Assembly (NCBI GenBank): GCA_040285855.1
Contig: JAUFOQ010000001.1
Location: 2,666,001 to 2,730,000 of the forward strand
DNA length: 64,000 bases
Direction: 5' to 3'
DNA from: Eukaryota sp. GEM-RC1
Lineage: Eukaryota
Shown: positions 52,490 through 64,000 of the stretch, piece by piece
Layout: each line of letters begins with the position of its first letter
How positions within the stretch are numbered: position 1 is the first letter of the stretch
Notes under the pieces: generated by a model
The model's database searches: none
What the model saw: the letters and a program-made list of their open reading frames with translations, nothing else
What the model was told of the DNA's origin: nothing
Made by a program: the position numbers and the translations under genes

Positions 52490-52830
52490 TCTTTTTACAC
52501 TGAAAATCATTTATCCAAAGCTGAGAAAAAAAAGATCGATACATATTCTGACACACTGAATGACAAACTGAATTCCAATTTGTATTTTTCTTTTAAGTTC
52601 ATTCTTTTGCTGATTCAATTCTTGGTAATATTGGAAGTGCTGCTGAAAATTTCTTTGATGCCTTTTCAAAGTTGTGCCGTGACCATAGCAAAAATTTTAA
52701 TCAGTATCTTTGGCGCAATCGCATTGTTTTTTCCTTATATAGAAGTTTCCCAAAGTTTTTGAATCGTATTCTGGACCAATTGTATCGTGGTAGTGCAAAA
52801 GTAGATGTGGATCATTTAATATCTTTTAAG
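52490..52830 (+). mobile_element. 3'-terminal coding fragment of a divergent CRE-like element
   Basis: KAEKKKIDTY..GNIGSAAENFFDAFSKLCRDHSKNFNQYLWRNRIVFSLYR matches the C-terminus of the other copies (WKNRIVFSIYR). Confidence 0.7.
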
Positions 52831-53350
52831 TACTGTTCACAAACTTGAACTGTTGCATCCTCTTAAAGAACCTTTAAACTATTCAAGTAATACTTCCAAT
52901 TATTGGATTGATTCACTCATAAGCTCTGAGGAAGTTTTACTTGCAATTCATAAATCAAGATTTAGAAAAGCAGCTGGTCCTTCTGGTCTTAGCTTCGACC
53001 ATTTAAAGTTATGTGTCAATCATTGCCCTGAAATTGCTGATGATTTAGCTGTTTTTTTCAATCTTGTATTGTTGAATCCAGCAAAATGTCCTGATGATTT
53101 AAAGACTAGTCGGTTAGTTGCTTTAGATAAGCCAGGTGGTGGCGTTAGACCAATCGCTATTGGTGAATGTATTTCAAGATTGTTAGCATCGATCTGTTTT
53201 GGTAGAATCAAATCGAAGGCGATTGAATTCTTCCACCATTTCAATATGGAATTGGAATTGTGGATGGCACTGATTGTGATTGTCTAACAACTGATCTATT
53301 TTTTAATGATGATGTTGATAATTTTGTGTTAAACGTTGATTACAAGAATG

Positions 53351-54110
53351 TGTTGGTCCGTGCACAGGGAATAGGGAAAAGTATTTATAAATAGAAGTTC
53401 TAAGACTTCAACACTGGTCTTTCTTCTTTTTCTTCTTCTTTCTTTGAGATATAAGTAAATAAAACTAGTAATGATACATAGCAGAACAACTACTGGGATA
53501 CAAACTGTAACAGAGGAGACAACCACTTGGTGATACAAACCATCTACAAACTGGCGACTCAATACTAACATCAGCGTAAGGTAGCTACCACCTTATTTAG
53601 GGACTTTCTACCCAAGGCTCTTCTACGGCAGCCTGATACCGTCAAAACTCCATTCTCGGAGTGCAGAGCGTTTTTACCATCAGATGTTCAGCAGGGCCAA
53701 GTTTGGGGGCATATACACAGCAACGTGGGACAGATATAGACAACAAACATAAGCAGATATACACATCAGTGCAAAGTTCGGAGGAACACATCAACGTGGA
53801 GCAGAAGAAGCAAGAAACATAGGCGGATATACACATCAGCACTAAGTACGGGGGAATTCATAGCAACGGGGAGCAGAAGAAACCAGGACACAAGAGGATA
53901 AACACAACTTTCTCGGTATCTAGGGTGAAATGAGGAGAAAGGGCAGAGCCTTGAATTGATGTTGGCCAGACACATTCAAGCACTAGAAGCAACGGGAAGC
54001 CAACCCGAAGCAGCAACTTAACCCTCGGAAAGGGACAATGATATCATTGTTGGTCCGTGCACAGGGAATAGGGAAAAGTATTTATAAATAGAAGTTCTAA
54101 GACTTCAACA
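53351..54110 (-). mobile_element. Non-autonomous miniature LTR element (TRIM-like), 760 bp
   Basis: Identical 63-bp direct repeats at 53351-53413 and 54048-54110, bounded TGTTG..CAACA. 4-bp TSD AATG. Purine tract on the minus strand next to the left repeat. Strand is inferred. Confidence 0.9.
53699..53907. repeat. About three imperfect ~70-bp tandem repeats inside the mini LTR element
   Basis: Recurring AAGT..GG.GG..CA.CAACG.GG..CAGA..GATA.ACACA. Confidence 0.7.
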
Positions 54111-56101
54111 AATGCTTTTAATTGTGTTTTTAGATCTGTAATTTATGATCAACTGGTGGAGCATTTTCCTGAACTTGTTCCATATTTTGAATCATTTTAT
54201 GGAAGTCCTACTGATTTGATTTTTAACGAATTTTGTTTGAAATCGTCTCGTGGTGTGAAGCAAGGTGATCCTCTTGGCCCTTTTCTTTTTTGTTTGCCTT
54301 TGCAGAAAGAGTTACGAGTTTTCCATAGTGAGTTTCCAGGTAAAATGATTAGTTCGTATGCTGATGATACTTCTTTGGTTGGCAAAATGCATACTTTGAA
54401 ACCAAGTTTTGCTCCATTCGTTGATATTTCTAGTCAAATTGGTTTGACAATCAATTTGAGCAAATGTGCTGTTATTGGTCGTGTGGATGACACTGTTTTG
54501 CATGAAAGTGTTGCTATTCCTTTTATTAATTATTCTTCTGATTGTATCAAGTTTCTTGGAAACTTTATTGGCAATTCCTCTCAAATTGTGAATATGCTGG
54601 AGAAGAAGATTGATTCTCTTGATCAAAAGTTGAGAAATGTGTTAGATTTGAATGTAGGTAAACAAGTATCCTTTGCCACTTTGCAAGTTTGTTTTGCAGG
54701 TAAAGTCAATCATTTTTTACGTGGGTTACCTCCTGAGCTTACGGTAGACCTTTTTCGTCGTTTTAACGCTCTGAAAACAGAGTTTTTGTCAGAGCTGGTA
54801 GAGTCGAAAAAGCTTTCCATTCATCGTCATTCATTTGCTGCTGTGAGATTTGGTGGAATTGGTTTTTCCAAAGCTCGTTATATGCGTGAAGGCGCTTTTT
54901 TAAAATGTTTGAAGAATGTGCTGTATGAATTTAAGTTACGATATCCCTTACTTTGGTCTTATGAAGATCTCATTCGATATTCGCCTTGTCAATGGCTTAT
55001 ATCACTTCAAAATCATGTAGATGGTATGAACCCTGATGTTTGGGAATCCTTGTTCCCTGCAGCTGTGACGGAAACACCTCAACGTACGCTTTTTTCCCTT
55101 CCTCTTGGTGTTAGAAAATTTTAGCAGAAATTTGTATCTTTCCATGAGAGCTTGGACTATACTAACTGCATTAGCTTGGCTAAAGTTAAAAGTCCCGCTT
55201 TCTGTGCATTTTTACAAGACATGAGTAGTGATTCAGCATCTACTTTCATTACTCAATTGCCAGGGAGATTTATTTTTAATCCAAAAGATCATGAATGGCT
55301 TGTTAACATGAGACTTCGTTTAGGTTTTTGGCCATTTGGTTTGTTACAGAACAGCACGTGTATCTGTAAAAACAAACATAAGGCTAGCTTTCATCATTTG
55401 GTCAATTGTTCAACGTCCATATATTGTCGTTCAATTTTGCACAACAGTCTTCGAGATACATGTTTGGAAATGTTTAAGGCGAATGGTTTCCATGGCAAAG
55501 TCGAACCATTTCTTTCTCATCTTTCAGATCACCCTGGTTCTACTCAGAAACGTGGTGATTTTATTGGCCCTTGGTTGTCATGCCAAGAAATTGTTGTTGA
55601 TTTTACGACCGTTGATCCTTGCAAAGCTTCAGCTATTGCCAACATTTTGAATACTTCAAATGATCCGCTGAAAGACGCTGAGAACGCCAAAGTGTCTAAG
55701 TACGGACATCAAGTTGCTGCATTGAATTCACGAAGACACAATAATATCGTCTTTCAGCCTTTTGCAGTTTCATTGTACGGAAATTTCGGTTCTTCTACCA
55801 AGGAGTTTTTAAGTTTATTTGAAAATTTGTGTTCAGAATTTGGCAAGAAGTTTAACAGATCGTACTGGAAGAGTAAATTTGCTTTTTCGATTTTTAGGTC
55901 TATGTATAGATATGTTGATTCCATTTTGTCCAAGTTGTTTGGAGGCAACTACTTTTCGGAAGTAGGTAGTTCGTTTGCTAATTTGTTTTAATAGTGTTTA
56001 TTTATCTGTACTTATCTTATTATCTGTTTTTCTCCGCACATAAATCCGTTTTTTTAAGTACTAGTTGTTTGTATTTCGTTAATTTTTAACATAATAATTT
56101 C

Positions 56102-56409
56102 TGAGGCTGTTAAAAATATCAGGTTACAGGTCAGATCAAAGTCTTGATCCTATCTTGACCTGTTTTTTGACCCGATGGGAGAACTGTTGTGTTTTATAGT
56201 TGCTGTTCAGTTGTTTGTTATGTTGAACTCAAAAATAGTGTAGAACATTTTGATAAATAACAATAGATCTGTGCTGTCAATCCATCATGATTTTCAACTA
56301 GAGCACAGACATTGAGCAGAGAAGACCGAATCTGAGATATGTTTACCTGACCTGAGACATGACCTGGCCCGAGTTCCGATGATCTTATCTTAACTTTTTA
56401 ACAGCCATA
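56102..56409. mobile_element. hAT-type MITE, 308 bp
   Basis: TIR core GGCTGTTAAAAA / TTTTTAACAGCC, perfect 8-bp TSD ATAATTTC, subterminal TGACC repeats. Confidence 0.8.
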
Positions 56410-57419
56410 ATAATTTCTCTCTCTATTATTTCTCACCCTCCATAATTTCTCGGTCCCAAACATCTTAAACATTGTGATCACTTATGAACAGCCTGATATT
56501 GTATCAATAGCTTCCTTTTAGGTGACAATTCAACCATTTATGATCATCAGATCCATCACTTTTCAGTGTTAACTTCGCATCTAGCCTCTGAAAAACATCA
56601 TTTATATTGGTTGAGATCCCCAGTTCTTATGTTCTAAAAAGCGTTGTTGGAAGCATGAACTACATCGACTTTACGGTAATCTTAAGCATAATCTCGTCAA
56701 TAGATCTTCTGTAGAGTATTGTTGACATCTGTGCATGTGCGTTCTTGCTTTCGCTTTGAATTTTACATGTTCTTTTTGTTGTTTCGAGAAATGATAGAGG
56801 TGTGGCTGTACATGTATTCTGTGTGTTTTGTATTTGTATTAGTATTTAGTCCTATTTATTCTAATTATTTGCATATTCAATGCAGATTCATGTGACAAAA
56901 ATACTGATTGATTACCAAATACAATGTTGCGTTTGCAAAAGTACGTACAATAAACATTGTACGTAATGTGAAGTACGTAGCAAGTAATGTGAAGTTGCGT
57001 GCGTACAGTAAATTCCAATTCATCAATTAGGCTATGACTTCTACTGATTCAAGAACACTTTCCTCCTCTCCACATTTCAGTATGTTAACGGCATGGAAAC
57101 GTAAATTTCGGGTCTGGTTTTAACTTGTTTGTGGACCAAAGAAACTCATTAACTACTAGTACTACAGATTAAACAATGTGAGTGAGCACTGAAGATAATT
57201 CTCTAAAACTCAATTTCAAGCCACCAAGAAGGATATTGGCAATTTCATCTTGTCGTTGAACTAAATCATCCGAAACGTCTTCGTCTTCTTCAACTTCTAT
57301 GACTAATGATGAATCCTATAAACTTCTTTTCATTCGTCTACCGACCATCTTTTTTAACGTGATGTACGCTTGATTGCTTTATTCAATAACATTATTAACT
57401 TCTATAAAAATAACATGAC

Positions 57420-57545
57420 CACAGTGTATCTTCAAAATTTGCAATAGTTGTAATACAACCGTATACCCTTGCACCATTAGGTGTAGCAATGTTAAAGATC
57501 ATATGTGGATCATTCCATCCATCTAACATAAGGAAACATCCAGTT
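57420..57545 (-). mobile_element. Possible hAT transposase N-terminal catalytic remnant
   Basis: GCFLMLDGWNDPHMIFNIATPNG resembles the first catalytic D(G)W motif. Very short. Confidence 0.3.
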
Positions 57546-58191
57546 CGAAGAGGCCGTGCTCACAAGATAATCAGAAGAGTCTTTTCTTCGGCAACTGGGA
57601 GAGAAAAGTGACGAAGAGTCGTCGCTGTCTGCAATCTGAACGACTTCACCTTCATCATTGTCGTCCAGACATACTACAAAATAGTGAGAGTGTTGATATT
57701 TTAGAAATTATGGAAGAGAGAAATTGGATAGGAAGAAATGAGATTTGAACACACAAAAACGTTTCGGAAACGTTTCCAGATTAATTTTGGTGCGTTTCTC
57801 GTAACACTAGAAAATTGTGTACATAAATAAAACCTCATAACTGACAGAATATCTCTTGTTTTTAAGTTTATTGAATTATTTAGAGATAATTACACGGTCA
57901 GATATCAGACCTTGGTTCACAGACAGGTTTACAAAGTGGTGTCATTATAAAAACTTCCTACTCTATAGTGTCATTCTCACAAACACTTCCTAATTATGAG
58001 CTCTTTACCTGAAAACAGTGATCCTGAACTAAAAAGTTGCAGAATCACATAGTCCACAGAAAAAAAATCAGTTGGACTTTTGAATTATTTCAATACTGAA
58101 TAAATACACTTTTTATATACACAATGGCTGATAAACACAACGTGGAAGGTTTCTTTCGTACATTTCCTTTTTGATAAAAACAACCACTACT

Positions 58192-59870
58192 TCAATTGCT
58201 ATTTGAAACCATAAATGACGTAATCAAATCACTAAACAACCTCACCTGTAGATCACTCCGATTTCTATTCACAAACCAATCTTTACACAGTGCAAGAACT
58301 TGTTGATGATCCTGAACATGGCCATTCTGCATCATCCACCGCAATACCAAACTGAATATATCAAGTGGACTTAGATTGCTGTTGATTGCCTTCATTCCGA
58401 GTGATGACGCGATCAACAGAGTTCTAGCAAAGTGATCAGGTGTAGCCAAAAGGTTCGGGTCTTGTCCAGAAGCAATTGAGAAGGGTCTGGAATCATAAAT
58501 CAAGGTTAGAACAAGATTTAAAAAAGTAGAAAGCTGGCTTGGATCATCATGATGTGACTTCATGAACAACTTCAATGACAAAGTCATCATTCTTCCATAG
58601 AAAAAGATCATGGAATCACTATGTGACTTAACGCAATGATAGAGACAAGCGTGTAGGTAAACACCAAGATGAAGTTGTTGAGCGTCTTGCTCAGATAAAG
58701 GACTGAGAGTCCTTATTGATCGTTCTAGAACATCATAGATGAAGGGGTGTAGGACATGGTAAGAATAAGTATCAAGAACTTGGAAAAAAGTTGGATCAGA
58801 GTAATGATCACGAACTTCGGTTAAATGGTTGAGATTCTGCATAAAGCTCCAATGTTGTTTGAAGTGGTGACAATCATCGGCAACGATCTCCAAGATTGTT
58901 GATCGATCTTGTTCGTCATGAATGTTTAAGTTAGAGAAACGTTTAAACAGTGGTTGATCCAGGTTATAGATATCATGATGAAGGGTGTTGCTTCCTTTAC
59001 ACTCATTGACTTGTCGAAGATGAAGAATGAAGTCAGGGGAGACGGTTGAAGGACACCTCGCTTAAAGATCTACTTCGGCTAGTGTCAGAAGCAGTGCTTC
59101 CTCTGCGACGCTCGTGGGGTGGAAGATATGCCATTTGATAAGTCTCACTAACAGAGATGCAAAATGTAATTTTTTCAATCCAGATTCTTTTACTACCAGA
59201 CTGATAGTATCAGTCAGGGGTGGGAAAACAATATTGCTCTTCCGACATTGAAATAAATATTGCTCCAATATTTATTTCGGCTCTTTGAGGTGGACCAATA
59301 TTTATTGTTACACCGGTTAATTATTGCATTATTGCAATATTGCTAATATACTTTTAGTTGTTCCTTTTGTTGTTTTACTTCACAATTTGGACTCCTACAA
59401 CCCGTTTTGTTGTCTTATGTGTTTAACTAAAGTGAGCGTTGATTTATCGGTGATGATTTCTAGTTGTTGGATTTTCGAGTGTTTACTGAAGTGCAATATA
59501 TATTCTTTCTTCTGAAGCATTTCCTCTGAAACCCTTCAGTCTTGAAATGCAAATATTGAGGAAAGAAAACAGTTATTTTTGGGATGAAGCTACTGTAAGA
59601 CGTATCATGAGCAGTAAAAAACTTGAAGATGTAGATAATGGTATTGAGATTATTTCGGATATTTCTGATGATGATGAACAATTGAATATGTGGGATTTTT
59701 GTAATAATTACATCATATGATTCATATTGTAGCAGTATTGAAATATTGCAATATTGGTTGAAGAATTGCAATGTTTATTGGTACTGTTCCAGAATTGCAA
59801 TATATATTGTGTGGCTAAAATATGGTTATATTTATTGTAATATTGTTTTCCCACCCCTGGTATCAGTCAT
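58192..59870 (-). pseudogene. Unknown helical protein gene disrupted by a MITE and a nonsense codon
   Basis: Removing the MITE and one TSD restores ATG ACT GAT ACT ATC (MTDTISLVVKES). A single in-frame TAA at 59062-59064 separates this from ORF 58192-58893. Confidence 0.7.
59215..59859. mobile_element. hAT-type MITE, 645 bp
   Basis: Perfect 21-bp TIR CAGGGGTGGGAAAACAATATT, perfect 8-bp TSD GTATCAGT, many CAATATT/TATTG subterminal motifs. Confidence 0.92.
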
Positions 59871-59897
59871 GGTGTTGTTTTTTAGATGTCATACAAT

Positions 59898-60646
59898 CAG
59901 GGCTATGTAACATTGAATTGCCAATACAATATTGCCAATAAATATGTACCAATAATGATTGTTTGGTGAAAAACCAATGCCAAAATATTGACAATATTGG
60001 TCAATATGGATGTTTGGGTATTGTGTCGCAAACATCTATGGGACAATGTATATGATTGTCTGTCAGCTACACATTAATTGAACTTCTGAAGCATCAGTTG
60101 AGTCAACAATTTACATGTACATGTAGTTAAAACAATCTGTCACATCAACATAAGAAATCTATTGATAAAATTCTATACTTCTTAACATATTCGTAACCTC
60201 TTTATGACCGACCATAGAACAATCTCTGTCACCGTTTTTACCCTCAACTCCACGTCAAACTTACGAATGGAATAACTCGCTATTATTTATACAATAGGCG
60301 TTTAGAAGCTCATCTTTGGTTGAATTAAAACAGAAGACCATGGGGTGTTGGAACTGTTGGTAAAGCTTGTGTTGTCAATTGGTCCCCAGAAGATGAGCTT
60401 GTTGAACCAAATTAATAAATCTAAATAAAATTTTACATAAATGGTATGTTTATGTCATAAATTAAAACAAATTCAGAACATGTACTTTAACTTAATAAAT
60501 TTCACAAGTAAATCTTAACAAATCTTCTGTGTTTGACAGTTTCAATTAAATTGCAATATTGACCAATAAATTGATCGCATTCCAAAATTGATTGTAAGTT
60601 TAAAAACCAATACCAATATATTGCAATCCAATCTTACAGAGCCCTG
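59898..60646. mobile_element. hAT-type MITE, 749 bp
   Basis: Imperfect TIR CAGGGCT.TGTAA.ATTG.ATTGC; 8-bp TSD CATACAAT / TATACAAT. Confidence 0.82.
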
Positions 60647-60659
60647 TATACAATTGTGT

Positions 60660-60735
60660 GAAGTAAACGGATTTATGTGCGGAGAAAAACACACAACAAG
60701 AAAACAACAAATAAACAAACACTATTAAAACAACT
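60660..60735 (-). mobile_element. 3' UTR fragment of the CRE-like element
   Basis: Reverse complement matches ~55984-56050 (gttttaatagtgttt..ttttctccgcacataaatccgttt). Confidence 0.6.
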
Positions 60736-60859
60736 TAAAGTGTAGTATATGTAAAGTATAAACTCAAATGTTTATTAAAGAAGTAAAAAACAACATTGAA
60801 TCAGATTACAACCTGTATCCAGGCAACACTTTTCGTGATTGAAAGCATGCTTCATAATC

Positions 60860-61068
60860 AAAGTAATGATCACGACCTTGGTTAAATGCTTCAGATACAT
60901 GTACTACATAAAGCTCCAGTGTTGTTTGAGGTGGTGATAATCACTTCTTCATGAATTTTTAAGTTACAGAACCTTTTAAACAGTGGTCCATCCAGGCTAT
61001 AGATATCATGATGAAGAATGTTGCTTCTTTTACACTCATTGACTTGTCGAAGATGAAGAATGAAGTCT
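60860..61068 (-). pseudogene. Internal fragment of the 58192-59870 gene family
   Basis: Matches 58800-59035 (ttacactcattgacttgtcgaagatgaagaatgaagtc is identical). Confidence 0.7.
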
Positions 61069-61637
61069 TTGGATTTTTTTAGTAGTAAGGTCCAATAATA
61101 TCCTTTAATATTAAAGAGACGACGTTCCGTTCAATGTAGTATTAATTTTTGACCATTTCAAATCATCATCCTCAATTCAATACAGCTTCATAAGTTCAAG
61201 ATATAACGGTTACAATATAAAATCCTTTGCAACAGTACACTCAGTTTTGCGTATGTAAACCGCTTTGACAACCAAATAGCAAAGCACTTGAACGAAATAT
61301 AGAATAAACGAGACCATCCTTCAAAAAGCTAATGTTGAAGTTCTTGCCAAATTCACAACACACATCATCATTAGAAGTGGCTGAAAACGATTGTTAAATG
61401 TTGACACGACTTGTTCTGTATATAATGACTGTTCACCTATTACTCTTTGCTTCCTGCCTGAAGTGCCAGCCAGCGGTAGATTCTTTCACAGAAACTGTTG
61501 GAGTGTTGTGAAAAACGTTGAAGAGATTGTTTTTTGTCAAAAACACGCTAAAACCTTTTTATTGAAAGTTTTTAATATGAGTTAGTTTATTTCAATGGAT
61601 TTATGCAGTAAAAGTACAATGCCAACACTACAAGTTC

Positions 61638-64000
61638 TTAAATGCTAACTACATCTTTCTGTAAAGTAGAACTCCTGGATCGGAACGGTCTTCGAGTACT
61701 TCGAGGAAGAAGATGATCCAACTCTGTGATTAAAGCACTTCTGGACACTGGTTTTGCCATCCATGAGTTCATTCCACTTTCAATTGTATGGTACCTGGAT
61801 TCTATGGAAGCGTCACCAGTCAAACAGAGAATTTTTACCTCAGAAAGACAATTAATGCCCTCATGTCTACGGATATCCTTTGCAGCTTGAGTTCCAGAGT
61901 ACGGCATTCTATAGTCTAAACAAACGAGGTCGTATGCACTTGGATTTTCTCGATATTTCTCCGCTGCTTTGTCACCATTATCAACTAAAGTCACCACACA
62001 TCCCATTGAAACCAACAACAGACTGATGACTTTACGATTGAGAGGATGATCATCTGCAACTAGAATAGAGAATTGTCCTAATGTTAGAGTGTAATCACAA
62101 CAAACCTCCGTTTACAGGAGTCTGACTGTGATGAATGTACGCAGTAGACCGTTTCCGTCCACTTAAGAACTGTTTTACCCTCTTATATGTAATTGGGGAA
62201 TGTACAGTGAAGTACTCGTCATAGAATCCTTTGGGATCAATTACCATTACTGGTGATCCTTCGAACCCTGCCTTAATTAAAGGAATGAACTCTGAAAAGA
62301 CTTCGTGATCAACAAAGACGTATTGCTGAAGAGATGTGTCAATAGCTGTAATTCTATTGAGAATTGTTTGTCTTGTAGGCTCTTCAAATCCATAACACTT
62401 GACTCTCATTAGTCTAAGTTGAGCCAGAAGATAGCATGGCAGTGGCCGTCTTCTAGAAAACACAAAACATTGGTGATCTCGGAAGTAAGTGGGAGTGGCT
62501 GCTTCATGAGGATGAACTAGAGGAAGAGTAAGCTGCAATTTGAACACAGATCCCTTCCCCTCCTTACTTCTAACGGTAATGTTTGAGCCCATCATTCTAG
62601 CTAGAGAGCCTGAGATAGCTAGTCCTAGTCCTGAACCTCCGTATTTGGTAGTAATATGTGCATTGGCTTGAGTAAAAACAGTGAATAATTTGCCGAGGTC
62701 TTCCGTTGAGATGCCAATACCGGTATCATGACAAGCAAGTGTGAACGATAGATTTCCATCTGCAATTGACTGTTTTCTAAGTTGAATTCTGACATAACCA
62801 TCATGAGTAAATTTTAGAGCATTTGAGACCAAATTAATTAAAATTTGTTGAAGTCGATTGCAATCGCCAGTAACCATCACATCACAGACAGGGTCTACGG
62901 TATTCAACAGCTCAACTGAAATTTTTGATCTAGCAATGTCTGAGTGCATTTCGACCACATGATCAACAATTGATGGCAGGTGAAACTCTGTCTGGTCAAG
63001 CGCAATTCTACCACTTTCAATTCTGGTAAAATCAAGAATGTTTGTGATAATAGAAAGCAACGATGACGAGGAATGATTCACAATCTCCAGTATTCTTTGG
63101 GATTCATCACTAAGGTCTGTACTTTGATCGAATAGAGATAACAATCCAATAATGCTGAGATGAATGATGAAGAGAACAACATACGAATTGAGCGCTGCAA
63201 TGAGGAAAACAAGTTTAACAAACGGGTTCGCTATGATAAGAGACATGTAAACTTGAACATACAATTTCATGAGATATTGTGGCCAAGAACAATGATTTTG
63301 CTTTGTTTGCTTGATCAGCAGCAGATATCGCATCCTTTAACTCTGTTAAATCAGTCATTACGCCAGTTACTTCCAGAACTTTACCATTTTCATCAAACTT
63401 TGTTGGACGACCAGACTTTCTTACCCAAATCAAGCGTGGAGGATCATGAAATGTATACCGATGTTCATCAAAAGTGGGAAACTCTTTCCCTTCAACCACA
63501 TCGTGCCACACAGAATCCCATTGGGCTAGATGCTCTGGCACCAACTTATTTCTTAACTCATCAAATGAAACAAATGAAGAGTGAAGTCCATGCATGTCTT
63601 GTGCTAACTTGCTAGAATGAATTGGTAAAGACCATACGTTAAGGAAAACACCCGCTCATTACAATAGAATCGCCAAAATCCAAGTTTTGCAAGTCTCTGA
63701 GCTCCCTCAAGATCTTCAGCTAACGACTGAAGTTGATCTTCTTTGTGATCTAACGTTTTTAACAACCTTTCTTTCTCCCTAAACTCCAATTCGTGTTGTT
63801 TGGAATCAGGTGTCTCTGCAGTTGGTTTAATTACACCAAAAACTCTAATAGTTTGACCATTGATCTGAGCACCATAGGCTTGACAGCTGATTAGCTGAGT
63901 CTTGTTTTTGATGAGGAAAGGTGCAGTGAAGACAGCATCAGAGCACACTCCATTGAGAACGTCATCAAACTGCTGTTGGATGTGAGTTCTATGGTTCGAA
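61638..64000 (-). CDS. Hybrid histidine kinase copy 3; 5' end beyond the window; 5 introns; no lesion seen
   Basis: Introns at 63612-63637, 63231-63262, 63195-63223, 63155-63184 and 62078-62105 join the four track ORFs into one frame with all kinase and receiver motifs. Confidence 0.9.
63155..63262 (-). other. Three introns (32, 29, 30 nt) with 7-nt and 10-nt micro-exons
   Basis: Exons CGAACCC (63224-63230) and CGCTCAATTC (63185-63194) give SHEIRTPLNSIIG. Confidence 0.9.

Larger units (their letters stand above)
52840..56050 (+). mobile_element. CRE-clade-like non-LTR retrotransposon (RT plus C-terminal Zn-knuckle and restriction-like endonuclease), 5'-truncated and interrupted
   Basis: KAAGPSG, KPGGGVRPIAIGE, VDYKNAFN (split by the insertion), GVKQGDPLGPFLFC, YADD, GLTINLSKC; then CIC..HHLVNC..HNSLRD..RGD..VDFT. 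Frameshift near 53235 and TAG at 55122-55124. Confidence 0.9.

Noticed and set aside
52131..55991. RT next to a hypervariable gene as a diversity-generating retroelement
   Set aside because: The RT has CRE-type motifs (QGDPLGP, YADD) and a C-terminal endonuclease, is truncated and interrupted, and no template repeat is visible.

Overview
AT-rich eukaryotic (protist-like) genomic DNA read in the standard genetic code. Evidence for a eukaryote: tRNA-Ala(AGC) with a Pol III T-run, STT3, BTB and RCC1 proteins, and very short GT-AG introns. The window is a duplicated, transposon-rich accessory region. It holds five dispersed BTB-coiled coil-SPRY-like genes plus a RING-kinase-coiled coil gene ending in the same SPRY-like domain, three paralogous PAS-hybrid histidine kinase genes, RNI/NLRC3-type LRR genes, an RCC1-repeat gene, a 5'-truncated STT3, and many mobile elements (a pogo-type element, hAT and MULE remnants, four hAT-type MITEs, several CRE-like non-LTR retrotransposons, and a 760-bp mini LTR element nested in an RT gene). 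Best observations: (1) the SPRY-like domains have a nearly invariant framework with four hypervariable patches mutated mostly at codon positions 1-2, and the domain is shared by two ubiquitin-ligase-type N-termini, suggesting a TRIM-like diversified intracellular receptor repertoire (inference); (2) in all three histidine kinases the H-box SHEIRTPLNSIIG is assembled from 7-nt and 10-nt micro-exons separated by three 27-32 nt introns, which the ORF track misses; (3) the mini LTR element has identical 63-bp LTRs and no obvious tRNA primer site. Most single-base frameshifts fall in homopolymer runs and are probably assembly errors. All family assignments are motif recognition by eye; no database search was run.
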